A stretch of DNA of 63,148 nt, counting the filler, from Octopus bimaculoides (Eukaryota), in assembly GCF_001194135.2 (NCBI RefSeq). It is 4 parts of 4 records of this genome, joined end to end, with 100 filler letters (N's around TTAATTAATTAA, not from the genome) between each part and the next. Parts side by side here need not be neighbours in the genome. Positions count along the whole stretch, not along the records: positions 47,718 to 61,095 come from NC_068996.1; positions 61,196 to 63,148 come from NW_026348180.1; 2 more parts are not named here. The stretch is one strand, 5' to 3'. Both the position numbers and the translations under genes were made by a program. This document shows positions 51,084 through 63,148 of this stretch, in pieces (the first letter of the stretch is position 1; each line of letters opens with the position of its first letter). The notes under the pieces are model-generated. The model saw nothing but the letters and a program-made list of their open reading frames with translations, had not been told where the DNA came from and did not search any database.

Positions 51084-51817
51084 TAATAGACAGACCGAGT
51101 CTCAGCAGAAAATAGGGTTGGAATAATAACACCGATCCACTGCACCACACTACGCAACCTGGCGGATGATAACAGAGTGAGAGAAGGGAAAAGAGGAAAA
51201 AATAAGAAAAGAAAAAGACACAGACACAAACAGTTCATTAAATAAACCTATACACACAAACACACACAAACACACATATACACACATACACACACACACA
51301 CAAGGCACACATACGCTTACGAAAGATGAAATGAGAAAACAAATAAATAAAAGGATATAAAATAACTATATAAAAAATACGAGTACAGTGTAGTTAGCAA
51401 ACCCATATAAACGGACAGAAACTAATACTAAGCAAATAGACCCATGCGCAAACACGCGCGCGCACACACAGGCACACACACGCACACACGCTCACGCAAA
51501 CACACACACATATACAGACACACAAATGCAGCCTAAACGCATGCCCGGATAAGGATACACACTACAGAAAGACAGAATGGACTCAACAGAAAGAGGCACG
51601 TGGGATAGAATACGTATATAGTGTGTGTTATTAATTGAAAGAAAAAACAAAACCACCCAAAAATATGACCATCACCAAACAGAACACTGTTTTTCAACAC
51701 ACGATTTCACAGCACGAATCTTTTAAATCAAAAACACAAACGTAACAAAGCTATTTTAAATGTTTTCTACTACATGTACAACACCGGTCACGTGAGAAAA
51801 GAAGAGAGAGTGGTAGA

Positions 51818-51868
<51 letters not shown>

Positions 51869-53672
51869 GCACGCACACATACACATGTATATTTATACAC
51901 ACACATCCACACATATAAATGCATAAATGCATATAGTCACCCACATAGATGCAAATACTCTTTCTGTACGTGAGTGTGTGTGTCAGTGTATATCTTCCAC
52001 TTATGCATGTACCTGAATATATATATATATATATCGTTCTATCTTAATATTCAATATGGTTTTATAATCATAAATTTAAATGGTGAAATTTCCAATGGAC
52101 TCCATCACTGTGCCAGTCAAGGTTTCTGGCTGAGAATAACGTCGTTAACAAGTATTGAAAATAGTCGACTAGATGTTATAATAAATATGTAACTCATTGA
52201 TCTTTTCGTCATTGCAACTGCATGAATTTTCGCTGGAAATACACACACACACGTACGCATGCGCATGCGCACAATCACACAAGCACACACTACATGTAAA
52301 TCAACGAACCTGAGAGTACGTAACAGTCGGAAACGTTTTTGGAATATCATTATTTGTGATTGTCGCACTAGCATCCATGAGAGATTCTATCACTCATCTT
52401 ATGAACGCCAACACACTGAATCTAAGTACCGATTCCCTATGAGCCCATTTTCTGGACTTAGGGAGATATTAACAAAGCCAAAAAATTTTAAAAAAAGTAA
52501 AAAGAAAAAATGTTTAAGAAAATGCCTGGTTAATAATCCTTGGGAAAGGCATCAGTTTCAATCAATACCGTTTCTCCATTTTCTTGTAAATTTGAAGTAT
52601 TATGCATTAATGTAAGATTAATACAAATAGAGATACGTATATCGTCAGCCGATATAGGCTCCAACTGTTTCCTCTCTTAACGGTCTCTTGCTCTCCTCAT
52701 CTCCCTCTGTCTCCACTATTTTACCTTCCCTATCAAGCCTTCACTAATTTCTTGTGGCTCATAGATACATACATACATGCATGTATATANNNNNNNNNNN
52801 NNNNNNNNNNNNNNNNNNNNNNNNNNNNNNNNNNNNNNNNNNNNNNNNNNNNNNNNNNNNNNNNNNNNNNNNNNNNNNNNNNNNNNNNNNNNNNNNNNNN
52901 NNNNNNNNNNNNNNNNNNNNNNNNNNNNNNNNNNNNNNNNNNNNNNNNNNNNNNNNNNNNNNNNNNNNNNNNNNNNNNNNNNNNNNNNNNNNNNNNNNNN
53001 NNNNNNNNNNNNNNNNNNNNNNNNNNNNNNNNNNNNNNNNNNNNNNNNNNNNNNNNNNNNNNNNNNNNNNNNNNNNNNNNNNNNNNNNNNNNNNNNNNNN
53101 NNNNNNNNNNNNNNNNNNNNNNNNNNNNNNNNNNNNNNNNNNNNNNNNNNNNNNNNNNNNNNNNNNNNNNNNNNNNNNNNNNNNNNNNNNNNNNNNNNNN
53201 NNNNNNNNNNNNNNNNNNNNNNNNNNNNNNNNNNNNNNNNNNNNNNNNNNNNNNNNNNNNNNNNNNNNNNNNNNNNNNNNNNNNNNNNNNNNNNNNNNNN
53301 NNNNNNNNNNNNNNNNNNNNNNNNNNNNNNNNNNNNNNNNNNNNNNNNNNNNNNNNNNNNNNNNNNNNNNNNNNNNNNNNNNNNNNNNNNNNNNNNNNNN
53401 NNNNNNNNNNNNNNNNNNNNNNNNNNNNNNNNNNNNNNNNNNNNNNNNNNNNNNNNNNNNNNNNNNNNNNNNNNNNNNNNNNNNNNNNNNNNNNNNNNNN
53501 NNNNNNNNNNNNNNNNNNNNNNNNNNNNNNNNNNNNNNNNNNNNNNNNNNNNNNNNNNNNNNNNNNNNNNNNNNNNNNNNNNNNNNNNNNNNNNNNNNNN
53601 NNNNNNNNNNNNNNNNNNNNNNNNNNNNNNNNNNNNNNNNNNNNNNNNNNNNNNNNNNNNNNNNNNNNNNNN

Positions 53673-53736
<64 letters not shown>

Positions 53737-53829
53737 ATGTATATTTGTGCGTCTGTATATGCTTGTGTACTTGTGTGTGTCTATATGTATGTGTGCGTGT
53801 GTATACATATACATATACATTCATATATC

Positions 53830-54190
53830 TTTTATCTTTTACTTGTTTCAACCATTTGACTGCCGCCACGCTGGGGCACCGTCTTGAAGGGTTTTAGTCG
53901 AACAAATCAATACCTGAATTTATTTTTTATTCTATCAGTCTCATTGTCGACATCCTAAGTTACGCAGGCGTAAACACACCAGCACCGGTTGTCAAGCACT
54001 GGTGGGGGACAAATACAGGCACATAGTCACACACGCACACAATATATATACACGGCTGGCTTTATTCAAACTCCAACTATCAAATCTACTCACAAGACTT
54101 TGGTCGACGCGTGGCTATAGTAGAAGACACTTACTCAAGGTACCACGCATGTGATTGGGAAGGAAGGTTCTTACCATCAGCCACACCTGC
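53830..54190 (-). mobile_element. SINE family A with 3' extension
   Basis: ccatttgactgccgccacgctggggcacc...ccactcacaag-like...gtagaagacacttactcaagg. Confidence 0.7.
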
Positions 54191-54534
54191 ACCACATATA
54201 TACATACATACATACATACATACATGCATGCATGCATACATACATACATACATACATACATACACACATACATACATACATACATACATACATACATGTA
54301 TGTATGTATGCATGCATGCATGTATGTATGTATGTATGTATGTATGTATGTATGTATGTATGCATGCATGTATGCATGTATGTATGTATATGTCTGCTCA
54401 TGTGTGTGTATATATAGTGTGTTATGAGAATTTATGGAAAGGTATCCCATAGAACTCAATAAATTTGTTAAAAATGGAGAAAAGATGTTAAAATTTGAAA
54501 GAATTTTAATTAAGAATTTTAATATATGTATATA

Positions 54535-54575
<41 letters not shown>

Positions 54576-54903
54576 GTGTGTGTTTGTGTGTGAGTGTGTG
54601 TGTGTGTGGGGTGGGGGTGTTCGTATGTGATGCTACTATTGTGGTTAGATCTTCACGTAGATCATCTTATCTGCTTTCTGTATAGTTGTTAAGTAACTTC
54701 TGTACTGAGTAGTATTATGAAATATGAGCTACAGAGCAAATGAGGGAGAAAGAAGGATAAACCCAAGTTTATATTAAAGTTCTTCTGATGCACATTTCAC
54801 CCTCAGGGTTTTTTGGTGCCTTGCAATAGGTGTTCCAAGGGTGTTTAGACACACACACACACGCACTTACATATGTATAAATACACATGGGCAGGGAAGG
54901 GGT

Positions 54904-55197
54904 GAAAGCGCATGGCTAAATGGTTCGGCGTATTCGACTCCCGATAGCAAGGTCGTGAGTTCAATTCCCTGCAAAGCATTGTGTCCTTGAGCAAAACGCT
55001 CAATTTCACGTTGCTCCAGTCCAGCTGGCAAAAACGAGTTGTACCAGTAATTCAAAGGGCCCCGCCTTTTCCCATTCTGTGTCATGCTGAGTCTCCTTGA
55101 GAACTATGTTAGGGGTACACGTGTCTGTGGAGTGCTCAGCCACTTGCACGTTAATTTCACGAGCAGGCTGTTCCGTTAATCGGACCGACGGAACGCC
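54904..55197 (+). mobile_element. SINE family B
   Basis: ttgtgtccttgagcaaaacgc...ttcacgttgctccagtcc...ttcacgagcaggctgttccgtt. Confidence 0.82.
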
Positions 55198-55214
55198 ATT
55201 CATTTCTGTATATA

Positions 55215-55452
55215 ACCACATGGTCCCGAGTTCAGTCCCACTGCGAGGTACCTTGGGCAACTGTCTTCTACTATAGACTAGAGCAGACCTTGTGAGTGCA
55301 TTTGGCAGACGGAAACTGAAAGAAGCCTGTCGTATATATGTATGTGTGTGTGTGTGTCTTTGGGTCAGTGATTGTTTCCCTCCCACTGCTTGCCATTCGG
55401 TGTTGGTGTGTCTACGTACCCATAATTTAACGGTTCGTCAAANNNNNNNNNN

Positions 55453-55489
<37 letters not shown>

Positions 55490-55720
55490 GCGTGTGTTTG
55501 TATGTGTGTGTGTGTGTCTTTGGGTCAGTGATTGTTTCCCTCCCACTGCTTGCCATTCGGTGTTGGTGTGTCTACGTACCCATAATTTAACGGTTCGTCA
55601 AAAGAGACCGATAAGATAAGTACTAGACTTTTAACAAAATAAGTCCTGTATTCGAATTGTTCGACTAAAACTCTTCAAGACAGTGCTCCAGCATGGCCGC
55701 AGTCCAATGACTAATACAAA
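55215..55720 (+). mobile_element. SINE family A with 3' extension (contains an assembly duplication)
   Basis: accacatggtcccgagttcagtcccactgcgaggtaccttgggcaa...gcatggccgcagtccaatgact. Confidence 0.75.
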
Positions 55721-56034
55721 GAAAGGAATTTGCAACGCAGGAACTCAGTATATGACATGAAAATATACGCCATTACTGAAGTCATTTGCAGAATCATGTC
55801 TTTTTCGTTTTTGCTTTTTTTTTTTCCAAGGCAGTACTTCTTAATCACATACAGACATTAAAACTTACGTGTTAAACGCATAGATAACTGGAAACAGAAT
55901 TATTTTGTTTGTTTTTCAAATACTGTTATCAGACATGTAAGATATAGATTAGATTAGGTACAAAGAAGTAAGTAAGCTTTATTCCCCATGTCTGGTTAAA
56001 TGCATTTCAGTTCCCTATAATATACGAACATCAA

Positions 56035-56190
56035 AATCTAACCTGGGTTCTCATTCCTAAGGTATTTCCTGATGAAGGCTGGAAGGTATATCAGCTGAAA
56101 TGTTGTATTAACAACAAACTTTATGAGGACAAATATCCCTCAATTGTAAATAATGTACATATATCTTCATCTCTTAACTATAGAACTGTA
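56035..56190. mobile_element. Third, internally inverted copy of the family 1 PLE-like terminal repeat with HHR motif (56069-56109)
   Basis: aacctgggttctcattcctaaggtattt (antisense part) is fused directly to cCTGATGAAGGCTGGAAGGTATATCAGCTGAAATGTTGTATT...ttcatctcttaactatagaact (sense part). Confidence 0.7.
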
Positions 56191-58169
56191 ACTTTGAAGT
56201 CACTTACAACATTATTCTAGTTAAAGTATATGTGTAGGTAAATGTGTGTGTGTATGTGTATGTATATATGTGTGTATGTATACGTGTGTGGTGTATTTGT
56301 GTGTACTCGCGTATTTTGAAACTATTACCATGTAAATATTTTGGTAACAATATATGTGAGTATCCGTATGTTATCAATGTGTCCCTATATGAATGTACAT
56401 GCGTAGTAGTGTATGTCCGTTTTATCCTTGTGCGCCTGTGTGTGTTTGTGTGTTCTTGTGTGTATGTGTATGTGTGCATGCGTGTGTGTACGTACGTGTG
56501 TGTACGTGCGTATGTGTGTGTGTGTGTTTGTGTACGTGTGTGTTATTTAAAACCTCTATTAGTTGCTAGTTCATATTGAACAAAGTTACGAGTGGAATGC
56601 AAGCGAAATAAATAGACTTGCGTGCTCTACGCGCAGTGAATGAACGTTTGCTATTCGGAGACTAACAGCGAATTGGTGCCAATGGGCTGAGAGAGAAAAC
56701 CTAGATGAGTTTTCACATATAACACAGGCATTCATGTTGGTCGACTCTTAAGCACCAAATAAAAATGGCTTTGAAGGTTTAAGCGCGAATTTTTCTCTTT
56801 CATTTTCATTTTTTTCATTCATTTTTTTTCTTTATTATTTTCCTTGGTGTTTATCACGGATAAATTGTTGTTTTTTTTTGTTTTTTTGGCGGCGTGGTGT
56901 TTAAAGATGAGTTCATCTTGACAATCCTTGTGTAAATAGATCGCCTATCACTTGGTGGCTGGTTTTAAGCCTCAAACAATATCCGCTGTGTGTGTTTTGC
57001 GCCGCGCTACCTGTACAACGTGACCATTGGTCAAAGTGCAAAGTACTTATTATATTTATCCCAGGACAGCTCTAAAGTGTCCACTGGTCAAACAGTAAAC
57101 GGTATAAAGTGTCTCGTCAATGAAAGAAATGTATATAGTTAGGTGTCTTCTTGTCTGAATATCTGAATGTCTGGTCTATTAAAATTAATCTTGCTGCGTG
57201 TGTGTGTGTGCATGTGTGTGTGTGTGCGCATATGTGTGTGTGTTTGTCTGTGTGTGTGTGTGTCTCTATGTGAATATTTGCGTATGTGTCCATATGTGTA
57301 TAAATATCTATGGCCATGTAAGTGACGCCAGATGATCTCCAAATGTTAAGTCCCTTCCAAGAGAATATATTTGTGTTGTGTATGTATTAATATGTACGTA
57401 CACACACACACAGACGCACATACATATGCACACACCCACTCACACATTCACTTTCATAGACGCGCACATAACAGCATATGCTAATATGGATATGTGCATG
57501 CATACAAGTGCGCCTGAACACACACACACACTCACATACATACACACACATACACACACACACACATATATATATATATTAAAATAGAGATGTGTTGGAG
57601 TGACGAGAGGTAGCAGCGGCAAAAGCAGCAACAGCAGCAGCAGTAGTAGTAGTAGTAGTAGGAGGAGGAGGAGGAGGGGGAGGAATGGCAGTAGTAGTAG
57701 CAGCAGTAGTAGTAGTGGTGATGGTACTGTAGATAGTAGTAGTAGTAGTAGCAGCAGCTGCAGAAGATTCTCATTGCAAATGGTCGCATTCTCGCGTACA
57801 CACTCATTTCTGGCGGAAATATGCTTACATTTTTATATTCTACTACGTACTATTTTTAAGGACCAGGATTTGACAGATTCATTAATTAACAACATTGTCA
57901 AACAGAATGCAATTGCGCTGTTTGTTACGTCCCTTTACGTTCACGGTTCGAAATGCACTTAAGTCAACTTTGTTTTTTTTCATGAAAATTCAATCGTCTG
58001 CTTATCTGTGACATGTGAATTGGCAAACTTCATGCTGAAGCAGCCCCACCGAAACTCTCACCTAAATGCGGTGCACTGACGATAGGTGCAGTGACGCAAG
58101 ACTGCCACGTCAGCAATCTTTCAATCTGTCACATCCAATATTGCAGCTAGTACAGCATACACACATTCA

Positions 58170-58500
58170 CACAGGCGCAGGTATAGCTGTGTAATAAGTA
58201 ATAAATTTGCTTCCTAACCACGTGGTCTTAGGTTCTATCCCATTGCGGGACACTTTGAGCAGATGTACAAGTGTCTTCTACTAATAGCCTCGTGCCAACC
58301 AAAGCCTTGTAAAAATCAATTTGGTTGACGGAGGCTGAAAGAACCTCGTCATATATATATATATGCATTTATATATCAGTGTTTGAACCTCATACAGCTT
58401 GACAACAGGTGTTGGTGTGTTAACGTCCCCTTAAGCTGGCGTCTCGCCTAAAAGAGATCAGCAAAATAAATGCCAGACTTAAAAAGTAAGTACTGGATCT
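58170..58500 (+). mobile_element. SINE family A with 3' extension
   Basis: caggcgcaggtatagctgtgtaataag...gtgtcttctactaatagcctcg...aagtactgg. Confidence 0.7.
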
Positions 58501-59299
58501 ACTTTGTTTGACAAAACCAGTATTTCTCAACCGGGATCCGTATGGCACCTAAGGGTCCATATAAGATTTGGGGGTGGGTCCATATAGCACAATAGTAAAT
58601 TGGGAATCTACAGTAGTATTTTAAGGGTCCCTGGAAACATGTTACTTTCGTCTTTAATTTCATTTTTCTTTTCTTTTTGTGATTGTCGCCATCATTAGAA
58701 ATGTGGAAAGTAGTATTCCGTACCTTCTTTCTTTTCATCTTCATCAACCTTATATTTTTAGTATTTTTATCCTCAAATGAGTTCTCAAGGAGTGGATCGG
58801 TGAACAAAGGCGATCCAGTGTTTTTCCTTTAATTTATCATCGTTTTATTCATTCACTTTCTACTCAGTCCCTCTCTTTCTTCCTCTCCTTCCTCACTTTC
58901 TTTTCTTTCTACTCCTACTAATTTCCTTCTCTTCGGATTCTTAGTTTTTCTCCTCTTGTCTTACTGTCTTTCTATATATACAACCTCTTTGCTTTATGTT
59001 ATAAAATGTGATTTGACGACAATATTGCTGCAATTCTTTGCAGGTCTGACAATCATATAAACCGCTCGTGCTTTAACTGTCATCATATTTGTTTAAGATG
59101 TTGTTGACATTTGCAAAAGGTTGTTCTGTCTTTCAATTTGGGTATGTACTTGCTGGCTCATTTCCAAAATTATAGTAATAGGCATTTAAGGATTTGCATG
59201 ATGCTATCCTATTATTGCACGAGTTCTTAACCAAATTGTATAAACGAGTATTTTCTATTTTTTTCTATTTATACTACTTTTCCTTCAGATTTATAGCTC

Positions 59300-59560
59300 T
59301 CATAATATTGGAGTCTCTCGTCGCATCAATGAATAAGGTTTCAGTATAGTACACGGCTGCACTGTGTTCTTAGTCATCTCATGTGGCAATTCAGAGCTAT
59401 CCGTGATGTGCAGATCTTGTTACAGACATTGCAGTAGTTGTCACAGTCATTCGGCGGTTAGATTGTTGAATCCCCGTTGCCGCAAACTCAGAGATGGCTT
59501 AGCAGCAACAATTTCTCCACTGAGCTCTATACAGTATTACATATTACCATGACTTCAGAA
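59300..59560 (-). mobile_element. RTE-type LINE 3' end (C2H2-like CNVCNKICTSRIALNCHMR)
   Basis: Minus-strand translation gives the C..C...C.SRI.L..H.R motif typical of RTE ORF ends. Confidence 0.55.
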
Positions 59561-59860
59561 TAATCTTATGGCTTGAGAATAAAATAGATATATTACTAAA
59601 AATTAATAATATAATTTGTTTTTTTTGTTGTTTTTTGTTTTCCAGAAAGGCGATGGATGAGCGGACATTACAAGAACAAATTGCAAATATAAAAGAAACG
59701 AAAAATGCTATTTGAACTAGTATTTGAAAATAAGCTTCAAAATAGTAATATTTATAATATGCGAATGAAGCTACGGATGGTTATTATAATGAAACGGATA
59801 TGGATGAAAATATTTGTATTCCAGAGTTAATTTTGACGTTCGTTAGGACGTTGACATTTC

Positions 59861-59898
<38 letters not shown>

Positions 59899-59938
59899 AA
59901 CGATGATAACGATGATGATGATGATGGTGATGATGATA

Positions 59939-60027
<89 letters not shown>

Positions 60028-60067
60028 AACGATGATAACGATGATGATGATGATGATGATGATAATG

Positions 60068-60119
<52 letters not shown>

Positions 60120-60671
60120 CGACGACGACGATGATTATGACTACGACGCCGGTGACGATGAGTGTGATGATGATAATGATGGTGGTTGGTGGTGGTGGTG
60201 GTGGTGGTGGTGGTGGTGGTGGAGATGGTGGTGATGGCGAAGACGACGACGACAATGACGATGAGAAGGAGGAAAAGGACGAGAAGAGGGACAGCGATGA
60301 CGACGCCGTAGACGATAATGGAGGTAATTATGATCAGAAGATTAAGGTAGAGAGAGGTTATCGTGGTAAAGATTATCATGATAACGAGGATAATTTTCCT
60401 TGATACGGCTGGCAATCACCATGTTAAATCTACTTATGGTGATGATGATGATGATGATGATGATGATGTCGGCAACGACGATGAAGATAACAGCGTCGAT
60501 GTTTGTGGGAACAGTGGAGGTGGTGGTTGTTTCGATGGTGACAATGGTGGTTGTGACGACGGCAGTAATGGTCGTATTGGCGGTGGTGATGGTGGTGATG
60601 GTGGTGGTGGTAGCAGCGGTAGCGTGGCAGTTGCGTGGCAGTAGCGTGGCGGTGGCATTGTGGTGGCGATA

Positions 60672-60740
<69 letters not shown>
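59861..60740. repeat. Compound (GAT)n/(GAC)n/(GGT)n trinucleotide microsatellite region
   Basis: Direct reading; source of the poly-D/M/H/I ORFs. Confidence 0.95.
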
Positions 60741-60742
<2 letters not shown>

Positions 60743-61201
60743 TTTGATGATGATAATGTTTAGATAATGATTACAGACGTGTGTCGGTGCCCAGGGGCAA
60801 GCTCTTCCTGTAAGTTGGTGAGCCGCACCCAAAATTAAAATGTTGGCCCAAAGATTGTCGCCAGATGGTTTCCGTAGTGCGCAATGTAAAAATGAGAAGA
60901 AATGAAAACCACTTCCTCCTAATTTATATTCGACATGCATACACACATACACACATACGTACACGCATGCATACATACTTTATTACATATATGTAAGCAT
61001 ATATATATACAAACTTACATGTATACATACACACATACATAAATTTACATACATACTTAGAGACATATATATCCACATACATATATATATATATANNNNN
61101 NNNNNNNNNNNNNNNNNNNNNNNNNNNNNNNNNNNNNNNTTAATTAATTAANNNNNNNNNNNNNNNNNNNNNNNNNNNNNNNNNNNNNNNNNNNNATATT
61201 T

Positions 61202-61245
<44 letters not shown>

Positions 61246-62287
61246 TGATCCTGAAGAAGAGTGAGAGAGAGAGAGAACAGAGACATCCAAAGAGGGTAAC
61301 GAGAAAACAGATGAGAGGGAGAGAATGAGAGAGATTAGAAGGAAAGCGAGAAACGGACAGAGAGACTTTCAGGCCGGCAGCATTAATGGGAGACCAGCAG
61401 TTAAGTAGAATAGATTGTGTGATAAAGGTAGAAAAAGGTTCAGATGATTAGGCAGATCGGGAGGACGAAGGGGCTAAAAAACAAAATGATTATACACACA
61501 CACATACATACATGCATACATATATATAGATATGCATATATATANNNNNNNNNNNNNNNATAGAGGCAGCTGATGAAGGAATAATTCCAAGTGGCTTGTT
61601 TGTTTTCCTATGTGTTCGTTCTGTTGTCTGTAAACAAAGTCCGTTTTGTTTTTATGCTCCCGTTCATTTCTCTAATGTCCTGTACCCGAATATGCATCTA
61701 TATATACATGTAGATGTAGGTACGTACATGCATATGCTTATATATCATTTGTTTATATATATATATTATTTATATCATTATTTGATTGAACGCCACGCAT
61801 CCATTTCCAAGTGTGTATATATATATAATATATACACACATCCACTCACACACATGTACTCAGATAAACACATACATATATACATCTACACCCATTATTT
61901 TTGAAAACGATAAAATGATAGAAAGAAAGAAAAGAATGAGAGAGAGAGAGGGAAAGAATGCTAGAGGGTGAGAGGGATGAATAATGGTGAATAAGGGGGG
62001 GGGACAAATGATAGGAGAAGATATAAAAAGATAGGGTTGAAGGAGAGTGAGAAAAGGGAAGAAGAGAAAGTGGGTGAGAGTGAGGGGCCGAAGGGAGAGG
62101 AAGTAGAAATAAAGGAGAGAAAGATGTGTTGTTTGGGTTTATCAAGTGAAACAATCTTGCTCTGATTTTTGATGAGGCCATCGAAATAAAGTTGACATCT
62201 GTGTATAATCTGGTGAACATCTGGAGGAACCACAAGTCAGATTGGCCAGATGCTGACCAAATAGAAGGGACATAGACATACACAAAT

Positions 62288-62328
<41 letters not shown>

Positions 62329-62574
62329 TATATATACACACATGCACACATACACATACACACATGCACACACAGAAACATGCTCGCGCGCACACATATA
62401 CACACATACATACACACAGAAACACACAGAGACATACACACACATACACACACAAACATACACACACAAACATACACACACACAAACATGCACACACGCA
62501 CATGTACACAAACAAACATGCACACACTTTCACAAACATACACACCCACGCACGCACACACACACACACACATG

Positions 62575-63148
62575 TAGGCATAGGTGTGTGGTTAAATAGC
62601 TTGCTTTGCAATCCCTTGGTTTTCGGTTCAGTCCCACTAAGCGGCACCTTGGCCGAGTATCTTGTGCTATAACCTCGAGGCCGACTAATGCTTTGTGATT
62701 AAACTTGGTTGGCAGAAACTACGTGGAAGACCGTCATGTACACGTGTCTATGTGTGTGCATTGGTCCTCTACCACCGCTTAGCAGCCGGTATTGGTTTGT
62801 TTACGTCTCCTTTATGTTGATCCTATTTCTCAAGGTTGTTGCCTTTTATATTCTAAACACTCATAGAGGGAGTTGTTGTCTGCTAATCGTATCGTTCTTC
62901 TGAATATCCTGGTTTGCAGACCCTAACACATAACCAATGGATTTTCGTAAAAAAATTTGTTTTTAATGTCAGTGGATTTAATACCAAAATAAACAGAATC
63001 CGAGACAGATTGTCTTCTTGGAATGTTCTTTATGAAATAGGTGTTGGCGTGGCTGGATGATAAGAAGCTTGCTTCCGAACCACATGGTTCCAGGTTCAGT
63101 CCCGCTGCGGGGCACCTTGGGCAAGTGTCTTCTACTATAGCCTCGGGC
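62575..63148 (+). mobile_element. Two SINE family A copies (about 62575-62830 and 63040 to window end)
   Basis: ggttcagtcccactaagcggcaccttggcc and gaagcttgcttccgaaccacatggttccaggttcagtcccgctgcggggcaccttgggcaagtgtcttctactatagcctcgggc. Confidence 0.85.

Noticed and set aside
52635-52680. GAAACAGUUG...CUGACGA on the minus strand
   Set aside because: U16.1 is missing and stem II cannot form; insufficient for an HHR call.
1895-53897. Long ORFs containing X runs and YI/CV/HT/ER dipeptide repeats
   Set aside because: They span N gaps and dinucleotide microsatellites and have no coding signal.
55341-55602. Exact 102-bp direct duplication around a 10-N gap
   Set aside because: Identical sequence either side of a tiny gap is typical of an unmerged contig overlap.
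58000-58140. Minus-strand donor TTAG|gtgaga near 58066
   Set aside because: No convincing acceptor or recognisable peptide upstream.
59800-60976. Poly-D, poly-M, poly-H and poly-I ORFs
   Set aside because: Translations of (GAT)n/(GGT)n microsatellites, open in several frames at once.
15852-63148. tRNA-like A/B boxes
   Set aside because: They belong to SINE heads; no cloverleaf with acceptor stem and anticodon arm, so no tRNA genes were called.

Overview
AT-rich, microsatellite- and SINE-dense eukaryotic scaffold with many N gaps. The repeat families look like an octopod cephalopod genome (inference from recurring SINE and RTE-tail motifs). One protein-coding gene is well supported: a six-exon, minus-strand calcyclin-binding protein / Siah-interacting protein gene (CACYBP; CDS exons 21127-21107, 16298-16106, 15453-15357, 13255-13156, 11044-10944, 8643-8499; all introns GT-AG with matching phases; 657 nt, 218 aa). 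The rest is intronic or intergenic: decayed DNA transposons (piggyBac, hAT, Tc1/mariner-maT, pogo-like MITEs), RTE LINE relics, Penelope-like element (PLE) relics, at least four tRNA-derived SINE families and simple repeats. The most interesting hidden layer is a set of minimal type I hammerhead-ribozyme (HHR) motifs from three sequence families (five copies: 25.1, 38.4, 48.3, 49.5 and 56.1 kb). All have an extra A between core A9 and stem II, and every copy carries at least one core or stem lesion. Two of them form the inverted arms of a single TSD-flanked insertion. Other points: a same-strand piggyBac relic in CACYBP intron 3 offers an in-frame cryptic acceptor; this CacyBP lacks the canonical Siah-binding PxAxVxP motif; a CpG depletion boundary near 18.5 kb suggests gene-body methylation; and there is an 85-bp near-perfect hairpin. 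ORFs made of X, microsatellite dipeptides or homopolymers are artefacts.
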